Assembly (NCBI GenBank): GCA_041611735.1
Contig: JBFIML010000011.1
Coordinates: 1 to 64,000 of the forward strand
Length of the DNA stretch: 64,000 nt
Direction: 5' to 3'
Source of the DNA: Myxococcota bacterium
GTDB lineage: Bacteria; Myxococcota_A; UBA9160; PR03
Made by a program: the position numbers and the translations under genes. Under the pieces are notes generated by a model, which was given only the letters and a program-made list of their open reading frames with translations, searched no databases and was not told the DNA's origin. Positions 1-11,862 of this stretch are shown here, one piece after another; positions within the stretch are counted from its first letter, which is position 1, and each line of letters begins with the position of its first letter.

Positions 1-123
1 CGGGCCGTGGACATCGTGATGCGCCTCGGGGGCGTGGACGAGGTGCGCGCCGCGCAGCTCCTGGCCCGCTGCGCGGGGCGGGTCCGCGAGGCGGTGCGCG
101 CGGCGCGCAGCGCCCGACCCTGA
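1..123 (+). CDS. murQ: 3' end of probable N-acetylmuramic acid 6-phosphate etherase (partial)
   Basis: Frame 1 reads RAVDIVMRLGGVDEVRAAQLLARCAGRVREAVRAARSARP-stop, resembling the MurQ C-terminal helical region; only 40 codons visible. Confidence 0.55.
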   Translation, partial: RAVDIVMRLGGVDEVRAAQLLARCAGRVREAVRAARSARP

Positions 124-137
124 CCCGCTGCTCGCCT

Positions 138-914
138 CTAGTCCGGGTCGCCCCGGAAGCTCGCCCGGGCCACGGCCGTGCGGGCGGCCAGCGCGAGCGC
201 GTCCCCGTCGGCCTCGGTCGCATCCCCCAGACGGCTGCGCGCCGCGTAGGCGCGGAACTGGGTCTTGGTGGCGTGCACGGCGAGCTCGGGCTGGGCCGCC
301 AGGCGCCGGGCCCAGGCATCCACCGCCCCATCGAGCTCCCGCCCCGGCACCACCCGGTGGACGAGTCCCAGGCGCTCCGCCCGGAGCGCGCCGATGGGCT
401 CGCCGAGCAGGATGATCTCCCGGGCGCGGGCGGCGCCCACCTCCTGGACCAGGCGCGGCACGGCGCCCCAGGTCAGGGGCAGGCCGAGCTCCACCTCGGG
501 GATCTGGAGCACGGCGTCCTCGGCAGCCACGCGAAGGTCGCAGGCCAGGGCCAGGGCCGCGCCTCCCCCCACCGCGTGCCCGTGCAGCCGCGCCACGGTG
601 ACCGCGTCCACCTCCTCCACGGCGCGGCAGGCCCGCAGGCCGAGCTGGGCCACCCAGCGGCGCTCCCGGTCCGAAACCGTGTCGGAGCCGCGCACCCGCC
701 CGGGCGGGTCCCGGCGGTCGGCGCCGGCGCAGAAGGAGGGACCGCGCCCACCCAGCACCACCACGCGGATGGCGAAATCGCTGCGCAGGGCGGTGAAGAG
801 CTCGGCGATCTCCTGGAGGGCCGTCGCGTCCAGGGCATTGCGGCGCTCGGGCCGCGCGAGCCACACGCGCAGGACGGGAGCCTCGCGCACCAACTCGAGG
901 CGGGTCGGCGTCAT
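138..914 (-). CDS. Enoyl-CoA hydratase/isomerase family protein
   Basis: C-terminal part of track ORF 138..3086, from MTPTRLELV; motifs RPERRNAL, FCAGAD, GHAVGGG, PEVELGL. Confidence 0.9.
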   Translation of the reverse strand: MTPTRLELVREAPVLRVWLARPERRNALDATALQEIAELFTALRSDFAIRVVVLGGRGPSFCAGADRRDPPGRVRGSDTVSDRERRWVAQLGLRACRAVEEVDAVTVARLHGHAVGGGAALALACDLRVAAEDAVLQIPEVELGLPLTWGAVPRLVQEVGAARAREIILLGEPIGALRAERLGLVHRVVPGRELDGAVDAWARRLAAQPELAVHATKTQFRAYAARSRLGDATEADGDALALAARTAVARASFRGDPD

Positions 915-922
915 CTCACTTT

Positions 923-2341
<1,419 letters not shown>

Positions 2342-2401
2342 GGGGGGACCTCCGAATGCAACGGGAAGCGGGAGTGTACCGGGGCCGATATGCTGCGCGC
2401 C

Positions 2402-3106
2402 ATGCTGCGGCCCGTGATCGGGATCCCGCTCGGCCTCGACGAGAGCGGCCGCTGGAAGCCCGGGCGCGACACCCTGTACCTGGATGCTGCCTATCCCCGG
2501 GCGTTGGAGGAGGCGGGCGCCACGCCGCTCCTGCTGCCCGTGCAGGGCGAGCCCGAACGGCTGGTGGCGGGCCTCGACGGGCTGCTCGTTCCGGGCGGCG
2601 ACGACTTCGAACCGCCGCACCCCTATCCGCGCCACGTGCGCTTCCACCGGGTGGCACCCCGTCAGCTGGCGTTCGACCAGGATCTGCTGCGCGCCGCCCG
2701 GGCCGCGCAACGCCCGGTGCTCGGCCTCTGCTACGGCATGCAGCTCCTGGCCCTCGCGCACGGCGGCACGCTGCACTACGACCTGGAAACCGACCTGCCG
2801 GGAGCCGGCGCTCACCGTCTCGAGGAGCCCGACGCACGGCACCGCGTGCGCATCGAGCCCGGCAGCCGGTTGGCCCGCGTGTTCGGCGACGGCCTGCTGT
2901 CCGTGAACAGCCGCCATCACCAGGCGGTGGCCGAGCCCGGGGCGGGCCTGCGGGTGTGTGCGCGGGCGGAGGACGGGGTGGTGGAGGCCATCGAGGCCGG
3001 GGACGGGAGCTTCTGTCTGGGGGTGCAGTGGCACCCGGAGAGCCTGGACGCCGGGCACCGGCGCGCCCTGTTCGGCGCCTTCGCAACCGCCTGCGTCGGC
3101 GGCTGA
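2402..3106 (+). CDS. Gamma-glutamyl-gamma-aminobutyrate hydrolase family (peptidase C26, PuuD-like)
   Basis: RPVIGI, GLLVPGG, GLCYGMQ nucleophile, VNSRHHQ, GVQWHPE; alternative ATG at 2390. Confidence 0.9.
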   Translation: MLRPVIGIPLGLDESGRWKPGRDTLYLDAAYPRALEEAGATPLLLPVQGEPERLVAGLDGLLVPGGDDFEPPHPYPRHVRFHRVAPRQLAFDQDLLRAARAAQRPVLGLCYGMQLLALAHGGTLHYDLETDLPGAGAHRLEEPDARHRVRIEPGSRLARVFGDGLLSVNSRHHQAVAEPGAGLRVCARAEDGVVEAIEAGDGSFCLGVQWHPESLDAGHRRALFGAFATACVGG

Positions 3107-3107
3107 G

Positions 3108-5858
3108 TCAGGCCGCTTGCGGGCGGGCGCTGCGCAGGATCTGGCCGAGGGCGAGCGGCGTCAGGCTCGCCGCAGCCACCAGCGCCCAGCCTTCCGGCCC
3201 CGGATCCACCACCGACAGCACGCGGGCCAGGATCGGCACGTACACCGCAGCCAGCAGGAGCACGCTGCACAGGGCGAGGGCGCCCCACAGCCAGGGATTG
3301 CGGGTCAGCTCGTTGCGCAGGCCACGCGAGGCGGCGCTGCGCATGTTGAAGACGTGCCAGAGCTGGGCGAAGGCGAGCGTCAGGAAGGAGAGCGTGACGG
3401 CGCGTGCGGGCTCCGCACCCAGGCCGTGGGTGGCGATGGCGAGGGATCCCAGCACCGCGAGCATCATGGTGAGGGCGTGGACGGCCACGACCGTCCAGTG
3501 GCGCGACGCGAGCAGCGGCTCGCGGTGCGGCCGCGGCGGACGCTCCATCACGCCCGGGTCCCCCTCGCCGACGCCCAGGGCCAGTGCCGGGAACACGTCC
3601 GTCACCAGGTTCAGGAACAGGATCTGGAGCGGCAGGATCGGCAACGGCGCCCCCGCCAGGAAGGCCACGGCCACCACGCCGATCTCGCTGGCATTGCACG
3701 AGAGCAGGTAGACCACGAAGCGGCGCAGGTTCGAGAAGATCACGCGACCCTGCTCGACCGCCGCTACGATGGTGACGAGCTCGTCGTCCTCGAGCACCAT
3801 GTCGGCCGCCTCCCGGGCCACCTGGGTGCCGCGGCGTCCCATGGCCACGCCGATGTCGGCCGCCTTGAGGGCCGGAGCGTCGTTCACGCCGTCGCCGGTC
3901 ATGGCCACCACCGCCCCGTGGCGCTGGTGGAGCGCGAGCAGGTGAAGCTTCTGCTCCGGGCTGGCGCGGGCGATCACCCGCGCCGCCAGCAGCCGCTCCG
4001 TTTCCGGCGGCGAGAGCTGGTCCGGGGCGCGGATGGCATGCCCCTCGATCACCGCGTGCGGCTCCGCCTGCCGGGGATCCAGCAGCCCGACGGCGGAGGC
4101 CACGTGCCGCGCAGTGGCGGCCTGGTCCCCGGTCACCATCACCACGCGGATGCCCGCGCGTCGACAGGCGGCCAGGGCCTCGCGCACCCCCGGCCGGGGC
4201 GGATCCAAGAGGCCCAGGAGCCCCAGGAAGGTGAGCTCCTGGTAGGGGGGCGCATCCGACGAGGCGGTGGTGCGCGCGGCGACGGCCAGGACGCGCAGGC
4301 CTTGCGCGCCGAGCTCCTCGTTGCGGGCCAGCCAGCGGTCGCGCTCCGCAGCGTCGAGATCGCGCGTCCCTCCGGCGTGCGCCACACGCTGGCACCCCGC
4401 GAGCACCCGCTCCGGAGCGCCCTTCACGGCCACCCACACGCCCTCCGCCGCGCGGTGCAGTGTGGCCATCTGCTTGGTGTCCGGGTCGAAGGCCTCCTCG
4501 CGCAGCTCCGGCCACTCCGCCAGCAGCGCCTCCCGATGCAGGCCGGCCTTGGCGCCGGCTACCAGGAGCGCGACCTCCGTGGGCTCGCCCACGGCCGACG
4601 CCTCGCCGTCCTCGGGACCTGGGACGAGGGCGGCGTTGTTGCAGAGCACGGCCACCCGCAGCGCCTGGTGCAGTTGCTCGCGCGCCTCCCGATCCCCGGG
4701 CGCGTTCTCCGCCGACTGGAACGCGCCCCGGGTGGCGAGCCCGGTGCCCGTCACCCGGAAGCGGGCGCCGGGGACGAGCACCTCGGTCACGGTCATGCGG
4801 TTCTCGGTCAGGGTCCCGGTCTTGTCGGTCAGGATCACGCTGGTGGAGCCCAGGGTCTCGACGGCGGCCAGCCGCTCGATCAGCGCGTGGCGGCGGGCCA
4901 TGCGCCACATGCCCCGCGCCAGCGCCACCGTCGCCACGATGGGAAGGCCCTCGGGCACCGCGGCCACCGCCAGGGCGATGGCGGTCTGGACCACCAGCAG
5001 CAGCTCGCGGCCGCCGAGCCAGCCGCTCGCCGCCACCGCCGCGGCGAGCGCCAGGGTGACGAGCACCAGACGCCGCCCCAGGGTTTCGAGGCGCCGCTCC
5101 AGGGGCGTCGGCTCCTCCCCGGCACCCTCCACCAGGGCGGAGATGCGGCCGAGCTCGGTGTTCATGCCGGTGGCCACCACCACCGCCTCGCCGGAGCCTC
5201 GCGAGACGGCGCTCCCCTTGAAGAGCAGGCACGTCCGTTCGGCCAGCGGGGCGTCGGCCGCCACGGGGGCGAGGCCCTTGCGCACGGGGTTCGACTCGCC
5301 CGTGAGGGCTGATTCGTCGGCCTGGAGCTTGGATGCCGCCACGGCGCGGGCATCCGCCGGCACCACGTCGCCGCCTTCCAGCAACAGGACGTCGCCGGGC
5401 ACCAGGGCTTCGGCGGGCACCCGCTGCACGCGGCCAGCCCGACGCACCGTTGCCTGCACGCGCCCGAGCCGCCGCAGGGCCTCCATGGAGCGCACGGCGC
5501 GGATCTCCGTGGCGAAGCCGATGGCAGCATTGAGGACGATCACCGCCCCGATGGCCACTGCCTCCAGCGGCCGAGCGAAGACCAGGGAGAGCACTGCCGC
5601 CGCCGCGAGCAGCAGGACGATCACGCTCTCGAACTGGGCGACGAGCACGCGCCAGGCGCTGCGGCGTGTGGCTTCGCGCAGCCGGTTCGGGCCGTGGCGG
5701 CGGCGCCGGAGCGCCACCTGCGCGGGCTCCAGGCCTCGGACGCGCACCACACCCAGGGCCCGCAGCACGTCCTCCGCCGCTGCGGCCCAGGGGGCGCGCT
5801 CCGCATCGCCCGCTCGCGTCGCACCCTCGGCCGCCGCCGCCGGCGCGTGGCTGTTCAG
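3108..5858 (-). CDS. Cation-transporting P-type ATPase (P2, Ca2+-type)
   Basis: [29 protein letters not shown] motifs and multiple TM segments; start uncertain (CTG overlapping the upstream stop). Confidence 0.93.
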   Translation of the reverse strand: MNSHAPAAAAEGATRAGDAERAPWAAAAEDVLRALGVVRVRGLEPAQVALRRRRHGPNRLREATRRSAWRVLVAQFESVIVLLLAAAAVLSLVFARPLEAVAIGAVIVLNAAIGFATEIRAVRSMEALRRLGRVQATVRRAGRVQRVPAEALVPGDVLLLEGGDVVPADARAVAASKLQADESALTGESNPVRKGLAPVAADAPLAERTCLLFKGSAVSRGSGEAVVVATGMNTELGRISALVEGAGEEPTPLERRLETLGRRLVLVTLALAAAVAASGWLGGRELLLVVQTAIALAVAAVPEGLPIVATVALARGMWRMARRHALIERLAAVETLGSTSVILTDKTGTLTENRMTVTEVLVPGARFRVTGTGLATRGAFQSAENAPGDREAREQLHQALRVAVLCNNAALVPGPEDGEASAVGEPTEVALLVAGAKAGLHREALLAEWPELREEAFDPDTKQMATLHRAAEGVWVAVKGAPERVLAGCQRVAHAGGTRDLDAAERDRWLARNEELGAQGLRVLAVAARTTASSDAPPYQELTFLGLLGLLDPPRPGVREALAACRRAGIRVVMVTGDQAATARHVASAVGLLDPRQAEPHAVIEGHAIRAPDQLSPPETERLLAARVIARASPEQKLHLLALHQRHGAVVAMTGDGVNDAPALKAADIGVAMGRRGTQVAREAADMVLEDDELVTIVAAVEQGRVIFSNLRRFVVYLLSCNASEIGVVAVAFLAGAPLPILPLQILFLNLVTDVFPALALGVGEGDPGVMERPPRPHREPLLASRHWTVVAVHALTMMLAVLGSLAIATHGLGAEPARAVTLSFLTLAFAQLWHVFNMRSAASRGLRNELTRNPWLWGALALCSVLLLAAVYVPILARVLSVVDPGPEGWALVAAASLTPLALGQILRSARPQAA

Positions 5859-6667
5859 GGTGCCACCTCGTCCAGGAAGCGGCGCAGACGGTCGAAATAG
5901 CGCGGGCCGCCCACCTCCACGGTGTCGTTGTGGCCCGCCCCGGCGATGGTCTCGAAGCGCTTCGGCGCCGGCGCCACGTCGAAGAGCCGGCGTCCCAACG
6001 AGAACGCGATCACCTCGTCCCGGTCGCCGTGCAGGAAGAGGAGCGGGCAGCGCACCCGCCCGATCTTGCGCTCGGACTCGAAGCGGCGCCCCGCCAGCAG
6101 CGCCCCCGCCGGCCCGAGCACCTGGTGCGCCACCGCCCCCACCGAGGGGAAGGTGCTCTCCAGGACCAGCCCGGCCAGGGAGCGGTCCTGGGCCAGGTCC
6201 ACGGCCACGGCGCCGCCCAGGGAGCGCCCGAACACCACCACGCGCGACTCCGGGATCCCGCGCGTCTCCACCAGGTACGCCAGGCCGGCCCGGGCGTCGG
6301 CGTAGACGCCCGGCTCGCTGGGCCGCCCCTCGCTGCGGCCGTAGCCGCGGTAGTCCAGCAGCAGGACGTGGGTCCCGAGCCGCACGAGCTCCGCCGCGTT
6401 CGGAAGCCGGTGCGACGCGTTGCCGGCGTTTCCGTGCAGGAAGAGCAGGGCGCGCGTCGCTGCCGATGCCGGCAGCCAGAAGGCGTGGATGCGCACGCCG
6501 TCCTCGCTGCGCAGGAAGATCTCCTCGGCCGCGAGTCCCAGGGCCTCCGGTCGCAGGTCCACCCCGGGGCTCGGCTGGAAGATCAGGCGATCGAGCAGAC
6601 GGCTCCACATGGAAACGGCCCCCGCCGCAGCGAGCACGGCGGCCAGCAGGACGGCCGAGCGGCGCAC
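5855..6667 (-). CDS. Alpha/beta hydrolase (ABHD13/Bem46-like)
   Basis: HGNAGN, DYRGYGRS, GRSLGG nucleophile, HGDRDE, AGHND; start at GTG 6667 or ATG 6610. Confidence 0.9.
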   Translation of the reverse strand: MRRSAVLLAAVLAAAGAVSMWSRLLDRLIFQPSPGVDLRPEALGLAAEEIFLRSEDGVRIHAFWLPASAATRALLFLHGNAGNASHRLPNAAELVRLGTHVLLLDYRGYGRSEGRPSEPGVYADARAGLAYLVETRGIPESRVVVFGRSLGGAVAVDLAQDRSLAGLVLESTFPSVGAVAHQVLGPAGALLAGRRFESERKIGRVRCPLLFLHGDRDEVIAFSLGRRLFDVAPAPKRFETIAGAGHNDTVEVGGPRYFDRLRRFLDEVAP

Positions 6668-6746
6668 GCGGGCAGCGTAGCGGAGGGCCGCGGCGGCGCG
6701 GGAGCCGTCGCTCCGGTACGCTCGGGCTCTCGCCCGCGGAGGCCGC

Positions 6747-7670
6747 ATGACGCCCGACCCGGCCACGGCCAGGCTCGAAGCCCTGATCGCGTCCCACGAC
6801 GTGGTGCTCTTCATGAAGGGCGACCGGCGCCGGCCGCAATGCGGATTCTCGGCCACGGTGGTCCAGATCCTCGATGGCTGGCTCGACGATTACGCGACCG
6901 TGGACGTGCTCGCGGATCCCGAGCTGCGCCAGGGGATCAAGGCCTTCTCGCGCTGGCCCACGCTGCCCCAGCTCTTCGTGCGCGGCGAGTTCGTCGGCGG
7001 GTGCGACATCGTGCGCGAGCTGCACGAGGAGGGCGAGCTGGCCGCGAAGCTCGGGGTCGCGCGGGGCGCCTTGGAGACGCCGAACCTGCGGGTGAGCGAG
7101 GCCGCCGCCGAGGCCTTGCGCCAGGCCCTGGGGCCGGATCCCCAGCGCGTGCTGCACCTGCGCATCGGCCCGGAGTTCGAGAACGCCCTCTACGTCGGTC
7201 CCCCGGAAGCGGGCACCGTGACCGTGGAGGCCAGCGGCGTGCACCTGCACCTGGATCCCGCCACGGCCCGGCGCGCCCGGGGACTCGCCCTCGAGCTGGT
7301 GCCCACGCCCGAGGGGCCGGCCTTCCGCATCGACAACCCGAATGCGCCGCCGCGGGTGCGCGAGCTCGCGCCCCGGGAGCTCGCGCAGCTGCGGGCCGAG
7401 GGCGTGCCGCACCGGCTGGTGGACGTGCGTCCGCCCGAGGAGCGCGACCGCGCCCGCATCGAGGGAGCCACGCCGCTCGACGAGGACGGCGTCCGCAGCC
7501 TCCAGGACCTGGAGCGCGACACGCTGCTGGTGTTCCACTGCCACCACGGCGTGCGCAGCCAGGCGGCCGCCGAGCATTTCGCCCAGCTCGGCTTCCGCAA
7601 CGTGGCGAGCCTGGCGGGAGGCATCGACGCCTGGTCGCGGGACGTGGATCCCTCGGTGCCGACCTACTAG
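6747..7670 (+). CDS. grxD: Monothiol glutaredoxin (Grx4) - HesB-like - rhodanese fusion
   Basis: CGFS, WPTLPQL and GGCDI; middle region ending FRIDNPNA; rhodanese CHHGVRS and GGIDAW. Confidence 0.88.
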   Translation: MTPDPATARLEALIASHDVVLFMKGDRRRPQCGFSATVVQILDGWLDDYATVDVLADPELRQGIKAFSRWPTLPQLFVRGEFVGGCDIVRELHEEGELAAKLGVARGALETPNLRVSEAAAEALRQALGPDPQRVLHLRIGPEFENALYVGPPEAGTVTVEASGVHLHLDPATARRARGLALELVPTPEGPAFRIDNPNAPPRVRELAPRELAQLRAEGVPHRLVDVRPPEERDRARIEGATPLDEDGVRSLQDLERDTLLVFHCHHGVRSQAAAEHFAQLGFRNVASLAGGIDAWSRDVDPSVPTY

Positions 7671-7702
7671 CTGAGTGCCCCGTCCCGAGAGCGCCCCGAG
7701 GC

Positions 7703-8062
7703 TCAGCCGCCGGCCCGCTTGACGGTCCAGCCCCGCGCCTCGAGCTCCGTCACCAGGACGTCCCGGTGGTCGCCCTGGATCTCGATCACCCCGTCCTTGA
7801 CGGAGCCGCCGCTGCCGCAGCGTCGCTTGAGCTCGGCGGCCAGCTCGCCCAGGGCGGCGTCGGCAAGCGGTATGCCGGAGACGGTGGTCACGGTCTTGCC
7901 GCGACGGCCCTTGACCTCGCGGCGTACGCGCACGACGCCGGCCCCGCGCGGCGCCCGCGGACGCGCCCGGCAAGCGCAGCGCTCGGCGGGCCGACGGCAA
8001 GCCGGGCAGACGCGGCCCGTGCGGGAGGAGTAGACCAGCGGGTCGGGGTCGCGGGGCGGCAT
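7703..8062 (-). CDS. yciH: SUI1/YciH family translation factor
   Basis: LVYSS, CPAC..C.C, KGRRGKTVT, LKRRCGSGGSVKDGVIEIQGDH. Confidence 0.93.
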   Translation of the reverse strand: MPPRDPDPLVYSSRTGRVCPACRRPAERCACRARPRAPRGAGVVRVRREVKGRRGKTVTTVSGIPLADAALGELAAELKRRCGSGGSVKDGVIEIQGDHRDVLVTELEARGWTVKRAGG

Positions 8063-8269
8063 GGGCTCGAGGTGCGCGCCAGTCTAGCCGGTCGCGGCGC
8101 AGGCCCCCCCGCCGAAGCCGACTTCGAGACGCCGTTTGCCCGGCGTCGCTGCCCGCTGCCACCCCGCAGCGCCGGAACGGGGGAGGCCAGCTTGCTATGT
8201 TGGCTGCGCGGCGCCGGAGAAGCGGCCGGGAGCGACCTCGGAGCGCTCGTCCCAGGAGGCCCGAAGCGC

Positions 8270-9097
8270 ATGACCGGGGAACTCGCCAGCCAACCGGTTC
8301 ACGTCGCGGTCCGGGACCTGCGCTTCGACCGCGGCATGCGGACCGTGTTCCGGGGCCTCTCCTGCGGCTTCCCGCGCGGAAGGATCTCGGTGGTGCTCGG
8401 GGCGAGCGGCTCCGGCAAGAGCACCCTGCTGCGCGTGATCGCATGTCTCGAGAAGCCCGACGCCGGGGAGGTCTGGATCGGCGGCGAGACCGAGCTCACG
8501 GGCCTCTCCGAGCGGCAGGCGAAGCCGTTTCGCCGCACGGTGGGCATGATGTTCCAGGGCGGCGCGCTGCTCGACTCGATGACCGTCTACGACAATGCGG
8601 CCCTGCCCCTGCGTGAGCACACCGGGAAGAGCGAGGCGGAGATCGAGCGGCAGGTCCACGAGGTCTTCGAAGCCGTCGGCCTGCGCGACGTGGACGCCCT
8701 GCTGCCCGGCCAGCTCTCCGGCGGCATGGTGAAGCGCGCGGCGCTGGCCCGGGCGCTCGTGCTGCGTCCGGAGCTGCTGCTGTGCGACGAGCCCTTCTCG
8801 GGCCTCGACCCCTCCACCCAGCGCCTGGTGGAGGACCTGCTGATGGGGGTGAACCGAAGCTTCGGGGTCAGCATGGTGATCACGTCCCACCACATCGGGT
8901 CGACCCTGCGCATGGCGGACCACGTGGTGCTGCTGGTGGAGGGGCAGGCGGTCTCGGGCTCGCCGGCCGAGCTGCAGGGCAGCCGCGACCAGCGGGTGAT
9001 GCGCTTCTTCGAGGACGCCTGGCCCGAGGGGAGCGGATTCCCGCTCGAGGCCGCCCCGCCGGCCCGGTCCCCGGAACGCGGCGGGGCAAGGGCGTGA
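8270..9097 (+). CDS. mlaF: ABC ATP-binding subunit MlaF
   Basis: Walker [32 protein letters not shown]; first gene of the mla operon. Confidence 0.9.
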   Translation: MTGELASQPVHVAVRDLRFDRGMRTVFRGLSCGFPRGRISVVLGASGSGKSTLLRVIACLEKPDAGEVWIGGETELTGLSERQAKPFRRTVGMMFQGGALLDSMTVYDNAALPLREHTGKSEAEIERQVHEVFEAVGLRDVDALLPGQLSGGMVKRAALARALVLRPELLLCDEPFSGLDPSTQRLVEDLLMGVNRSFGVSMVITSHHIGSTLRMADHVVLLVEGQAVSGSPAELQGSRDQRVMRFFEDAWPEGSGFPLEAAPPARSPERGGARA

Positions 9098-9867
9098 GCG
9101 GGGTCCAGCGGGTCGGGGCGTCGGCGAACCGCTTCGTGGTCGACCTCGGCCGCCTCGGGCGCTTCGGCCTCGCCGTGGCGGACACCTTGCGCCTGCCGCC
9201 CTTCCGGTTCCGACGGCTCCTCGACGAGTTCTATCACGTGGGCGTGCTCTCGCTCGCCGTGATCCTCGTCTCGGGGCTGACCGTCGGCATGGTGCTCGGA
9301 CTCCAGGGCTACAACACGCTGGTCCGCTTCGGCGCCGAGGAGAGCCTGGGGGCGGTGGTGGGGCTCAGCCTGATCCGGGAGCTCGGCCCGGTGTTGACGG
9401 CCCTGCTCGTGACGGGCCGCGCGGCCTCCGCGGTGGCCGCGGAGATCGGCTCCATGGTCGTAACCCAGCAGCTCGACGGGCTGCGCATGATGTCCATCGA
9501 CCCGATCGACTTCGTGGTGGCGCCGAAGGTGCTGGCCATGATCGTGGTGATGCCGCTCCTCGCGGCGCTCTTCATCGTGATGGGCCTCGCGGGCGGCTAC
9601 CTGGTGGGGGTGATCTTCCTGGGGGTGGACGGGGGCAGCTACCTGACGGCCCTGGAGGAGGCGATCCTCTTCTCCGACGACGTGCTCGGCAGCCTGATCA
9701 AGTCTCTGGTCTTTGGCGTGCTGGTGGCCCTGATCGCCACCTACCGGGGCTACACGGCGGAGCCGCACGCGGCGGGAGTGAGCGCGGCGACCACCTCCAC
9801 GGTGGTGGTGGCGTCCGTGACCACCCTGATCTTCGACTACTTCATCACGGCACTGTGGGGGGTCTAG
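9094..9867 (+). CDS. mlaE: ABC permease MlaE
   Basis: GMVLGLQG, IRELGPVLTALL, AEIGSM; GTGA overlap with mlaF. Confidence 0.93.
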   Translation: MSGVQRVGASANRFVVDLGRLGRFGLAVADTLRLPPFRFRRLLDEFYHVGVLSLAVILVSGLTVGMVLGLQGYNTLVRFGAEESLGAVVGLSLIRELGPVLTALLVTGRAASAVAAEIGSMVVTQQLDGLRMMSIDPIDFVVAPKVLAMIVVMPLLAALFIVMGLAGGYLVGVIFLGVDGGSYLTALEEAILFSDDVLGSLIKSLVFGVLVALIATYRGYTAEPHAAGVSAATTSTVVVASVTTLIFDYFITALWGV

Positions 9868-9868
9868 G

Positions 9869-10330
9869 ATGAGGCAGACGGGCGGACGGGACACCGTGGT
9901 GGGGATCTTCTTGCTGGCCGGGCTCCTGGCCATCGCCTATCTCTCGGTGATGCTGGGCGGGGCCACGTATCGCGGGCCGGGCGGGCTGCGGCTCACGGCC
10001 ACCTTCGATCAGGTGGGCGGGCTCAAGCCCCGGGCGCGCGTCGTGGTGGGGGGCGTCAAGGTCGGTCAGGTGGCCGAGATCGGCCTGGACGCCGAGCTGC
10101 GGGCGCGCGTGGTGCTGGACGTGGATCGCAGCCTCCGCCTGCCCAAGGACACCTCCGTGTCCATCCTCACCTCGGGCGTGCTCGGCGACCAGTACATCGA
10201 GCTCGAGCCCGGAGCCGAAGAGCAGCTGCTCAGCTCCGACGACGAGATCCAGTTCACGCAGAACGCCCTGATCCTCGAGCGACTGGTGGGCAAGATGGTC
10301 CAGAACCTCGGCGCGGACTCGGAGCCGTGA
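9869..10330 (+). CDS. mlaD: MCE-domain protein MlaD
   Basis: N-terminal TM, F.QVGGLK, GVKVGQV, TSGVLGDQYIELEPG. Confidence 0.93.
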   Translation: MRQTGGRDTVVGIFLLAGLLAIAYLSVMLGGATYRGPGGLRLTATFDQVGGLKPRARVVVGGVKVGQVAEIGLDAELRARVVLDVDRSLRLPKDTSVSILTSGVLGDQYIELEPGAEEQLLSSDDEIQFTQNALILERLVGKMVQNLGADSEP

Positions 10331-11157
10331 GCCGCACCTGGACGCGCCTGGGCGGTGCCCTCGGCGCGCTGCTCCTGCTGGGCGGATGTCTCAGCCCGCC
10401 TCCCGGCCCGGACGGGCGGGTGGACCCGGATCCCCTGCAGGGCAGCAACCGCGCGGTGTTCGGCTTCAACGAGGGGGTGGACCGCTGGGTGCTCAACCCC
10501 CTGGCGGAGGGCTGGGAGTTCGTCACTCCCAAGCAGCTCCGCGTGGCCCTCGACAAGGCCTTCTTCAACCTCGGCTTCCTGGATCGCTTCTTCAGCAACC
10601 TGGGTCAGGGCAAGCCGAAGTACGCCGGCACCGAGACGCTGCGCTTCCTGGTCAACACCACGCTGGGCCTGGCGGGGCTCTTCGATCCTGCCAGCCGCTT
10701 CGGGATCCCGCGCACCGACGAGGACTTCGGCCAGATGTTCGCCGTCTGGGGGCTGGGTTCGGGCCCCTACTGGGTGCTTCCCCTGTTCGGGCCGTCGAAT
10801 CCGCGCGATGCGTGGGGCCTCCTGTTCGACTCGGCCCTGAACCCGGTCTCCAATCCGGCCACGGGGCTGGTGGTCCCGGGCCTCGGGCTGCTGGCCACCG
10901 TGAACCGCCGGGCCATCCTGGACCCGCAGATCGAATCCCTGCGGGAGTCCTCCGTCGATCTCTACGTGGCGGTCCGCGACGGCTATCGGCAGCGGCGCGA
11001 GGCCCAGATCGCCGATCGGGACTTCGAGGAGGAGAGGGCGCTGGACGGCCCGTCCGACGACCTGTACGAAGTGCCCGAAGACTTGGAGGACTCGCCGCAG
11101 GACGAAGGGGGGATTCCAGGGGACGGGGAGCCGGCCTCCCGCCGGGGAGGCTCCTAG
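10327..11157 (+). CDS. mlaA: VacJ/MlaA lipoprotein
   Basis: Lipobox LGGC, DPLQGSNRAVFGFN, RFLVNTTLG, EDFGQ, GPYWVLPLFGPS; acidic tail. Confidence 0.92.
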   Translation: MSRTWTRLGGALGALLLLGGCLSPPPGPDGRVDPDPLQGSNRAVFGFNEGVDRWVLNPLAEGWEFVTPKQLRVALDKAFFNLGFLDRFFSNLGQGKPKYAGTETLRFLVNTTLGLAGLFDPASRFGIPRTDEDFGQMFAVWGLGSGPYWVLPLFGPSNPRDAWGLLFDSALNPVSNPATGLVVPGLGLLATVNRRAILDPQIESLRESSVDLYVAVRDGYRQRREAQIADRDFEEERALDGPSDDLYEVPEDLEDSPQDEGGIPGDGEPASRRGGS

Positions 11158-11177
11158 CGGCGGAGGAGAGAGCGGAC

Positions 11178-11816
11178 GTGGAAGCAGGACGCAGGGCGCG
11201 CACCGGGGGGCTCCTGCTGGGGCTCGCGGCGCTGGCCGCTACGGCATCGGCGGCGAGCCCGGCTTCGGCGGAGGCGGTGGCGGAGGCGCGTCAGGTGGTG
11301 GTGGAGACCGTGCAGTCGGTGCTCGGGATCCTGCGCGACCGGGCGCTCTCCGACGACGACAAGCGGCAACGCATCGAGCAGGTCGCCTACCAGCGCTTCG
11401 ACTTTCCCACCGTCTCGCGCCTGGTGCTGGCCCGCAACTGGCGGCGCCTCACGCCCCGGCAGCGCGAGGAGTTCACCCAGGAGTTCAAGCAGCACCTCTC
11501 GCTCACCTACGGCAAGAACGTGGAGCGCTACGCGGACGAGGACGTGGCGGTGGACCAGGCCCGTGCCGAGAGCAACGGCGACGTGACCGTGCGCACCCGC
11601 GTGTTGGGCGGGGCGGCGGAGGCGTACCTGGTGGACTACCGGCTGCGGCGCGGCGGAGGCGAGTGGGGGATCATCGACGTGATCGTCGAGGGGGTGAGCC
11701 TGCTCCAGAACTTCCGCACCCAGACCCAGGAGCTGATCCAGGACGTGGGGCCCGAGGGCCTGATCGAGAAGCTGCGCAAGAAGAACGAGGCCCGCTCCGC
11801 CTCGGCGGGCGGGTAG
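11178..11816 (+). CDS. mlaC: Phospholipid-binding periplasmic protein MlaC
   Basis: Signal peptide, FDFPTVSRLVLARNW, VDYRL, IIDVIVEGVSLLQNFR. Confidence 0.9.
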   Translation: MEAGRRARTGGLLLGLAALAATASAASPASAEAVAEARQVVVETVQSVLGILRDRALSDDDKRQRIEQVAYQRFDFPTVSRLVLARNWRRLTPRQREEFTQEFKQHLSLTYGKNVERYADEDVAVDQARAESNGDVTVRTRVLGGAAEAYLVDYRLRRGGGEWGIIDVIVEGVSLLQNFRTQTQELIQDVGPEGLIEKLRKKNEARSASAGG

Positions 11817-11862
11817 GCGAGCCCATCGCCGGGCCTTCCCACGTCAGTCCGGGGTCCGGCTC

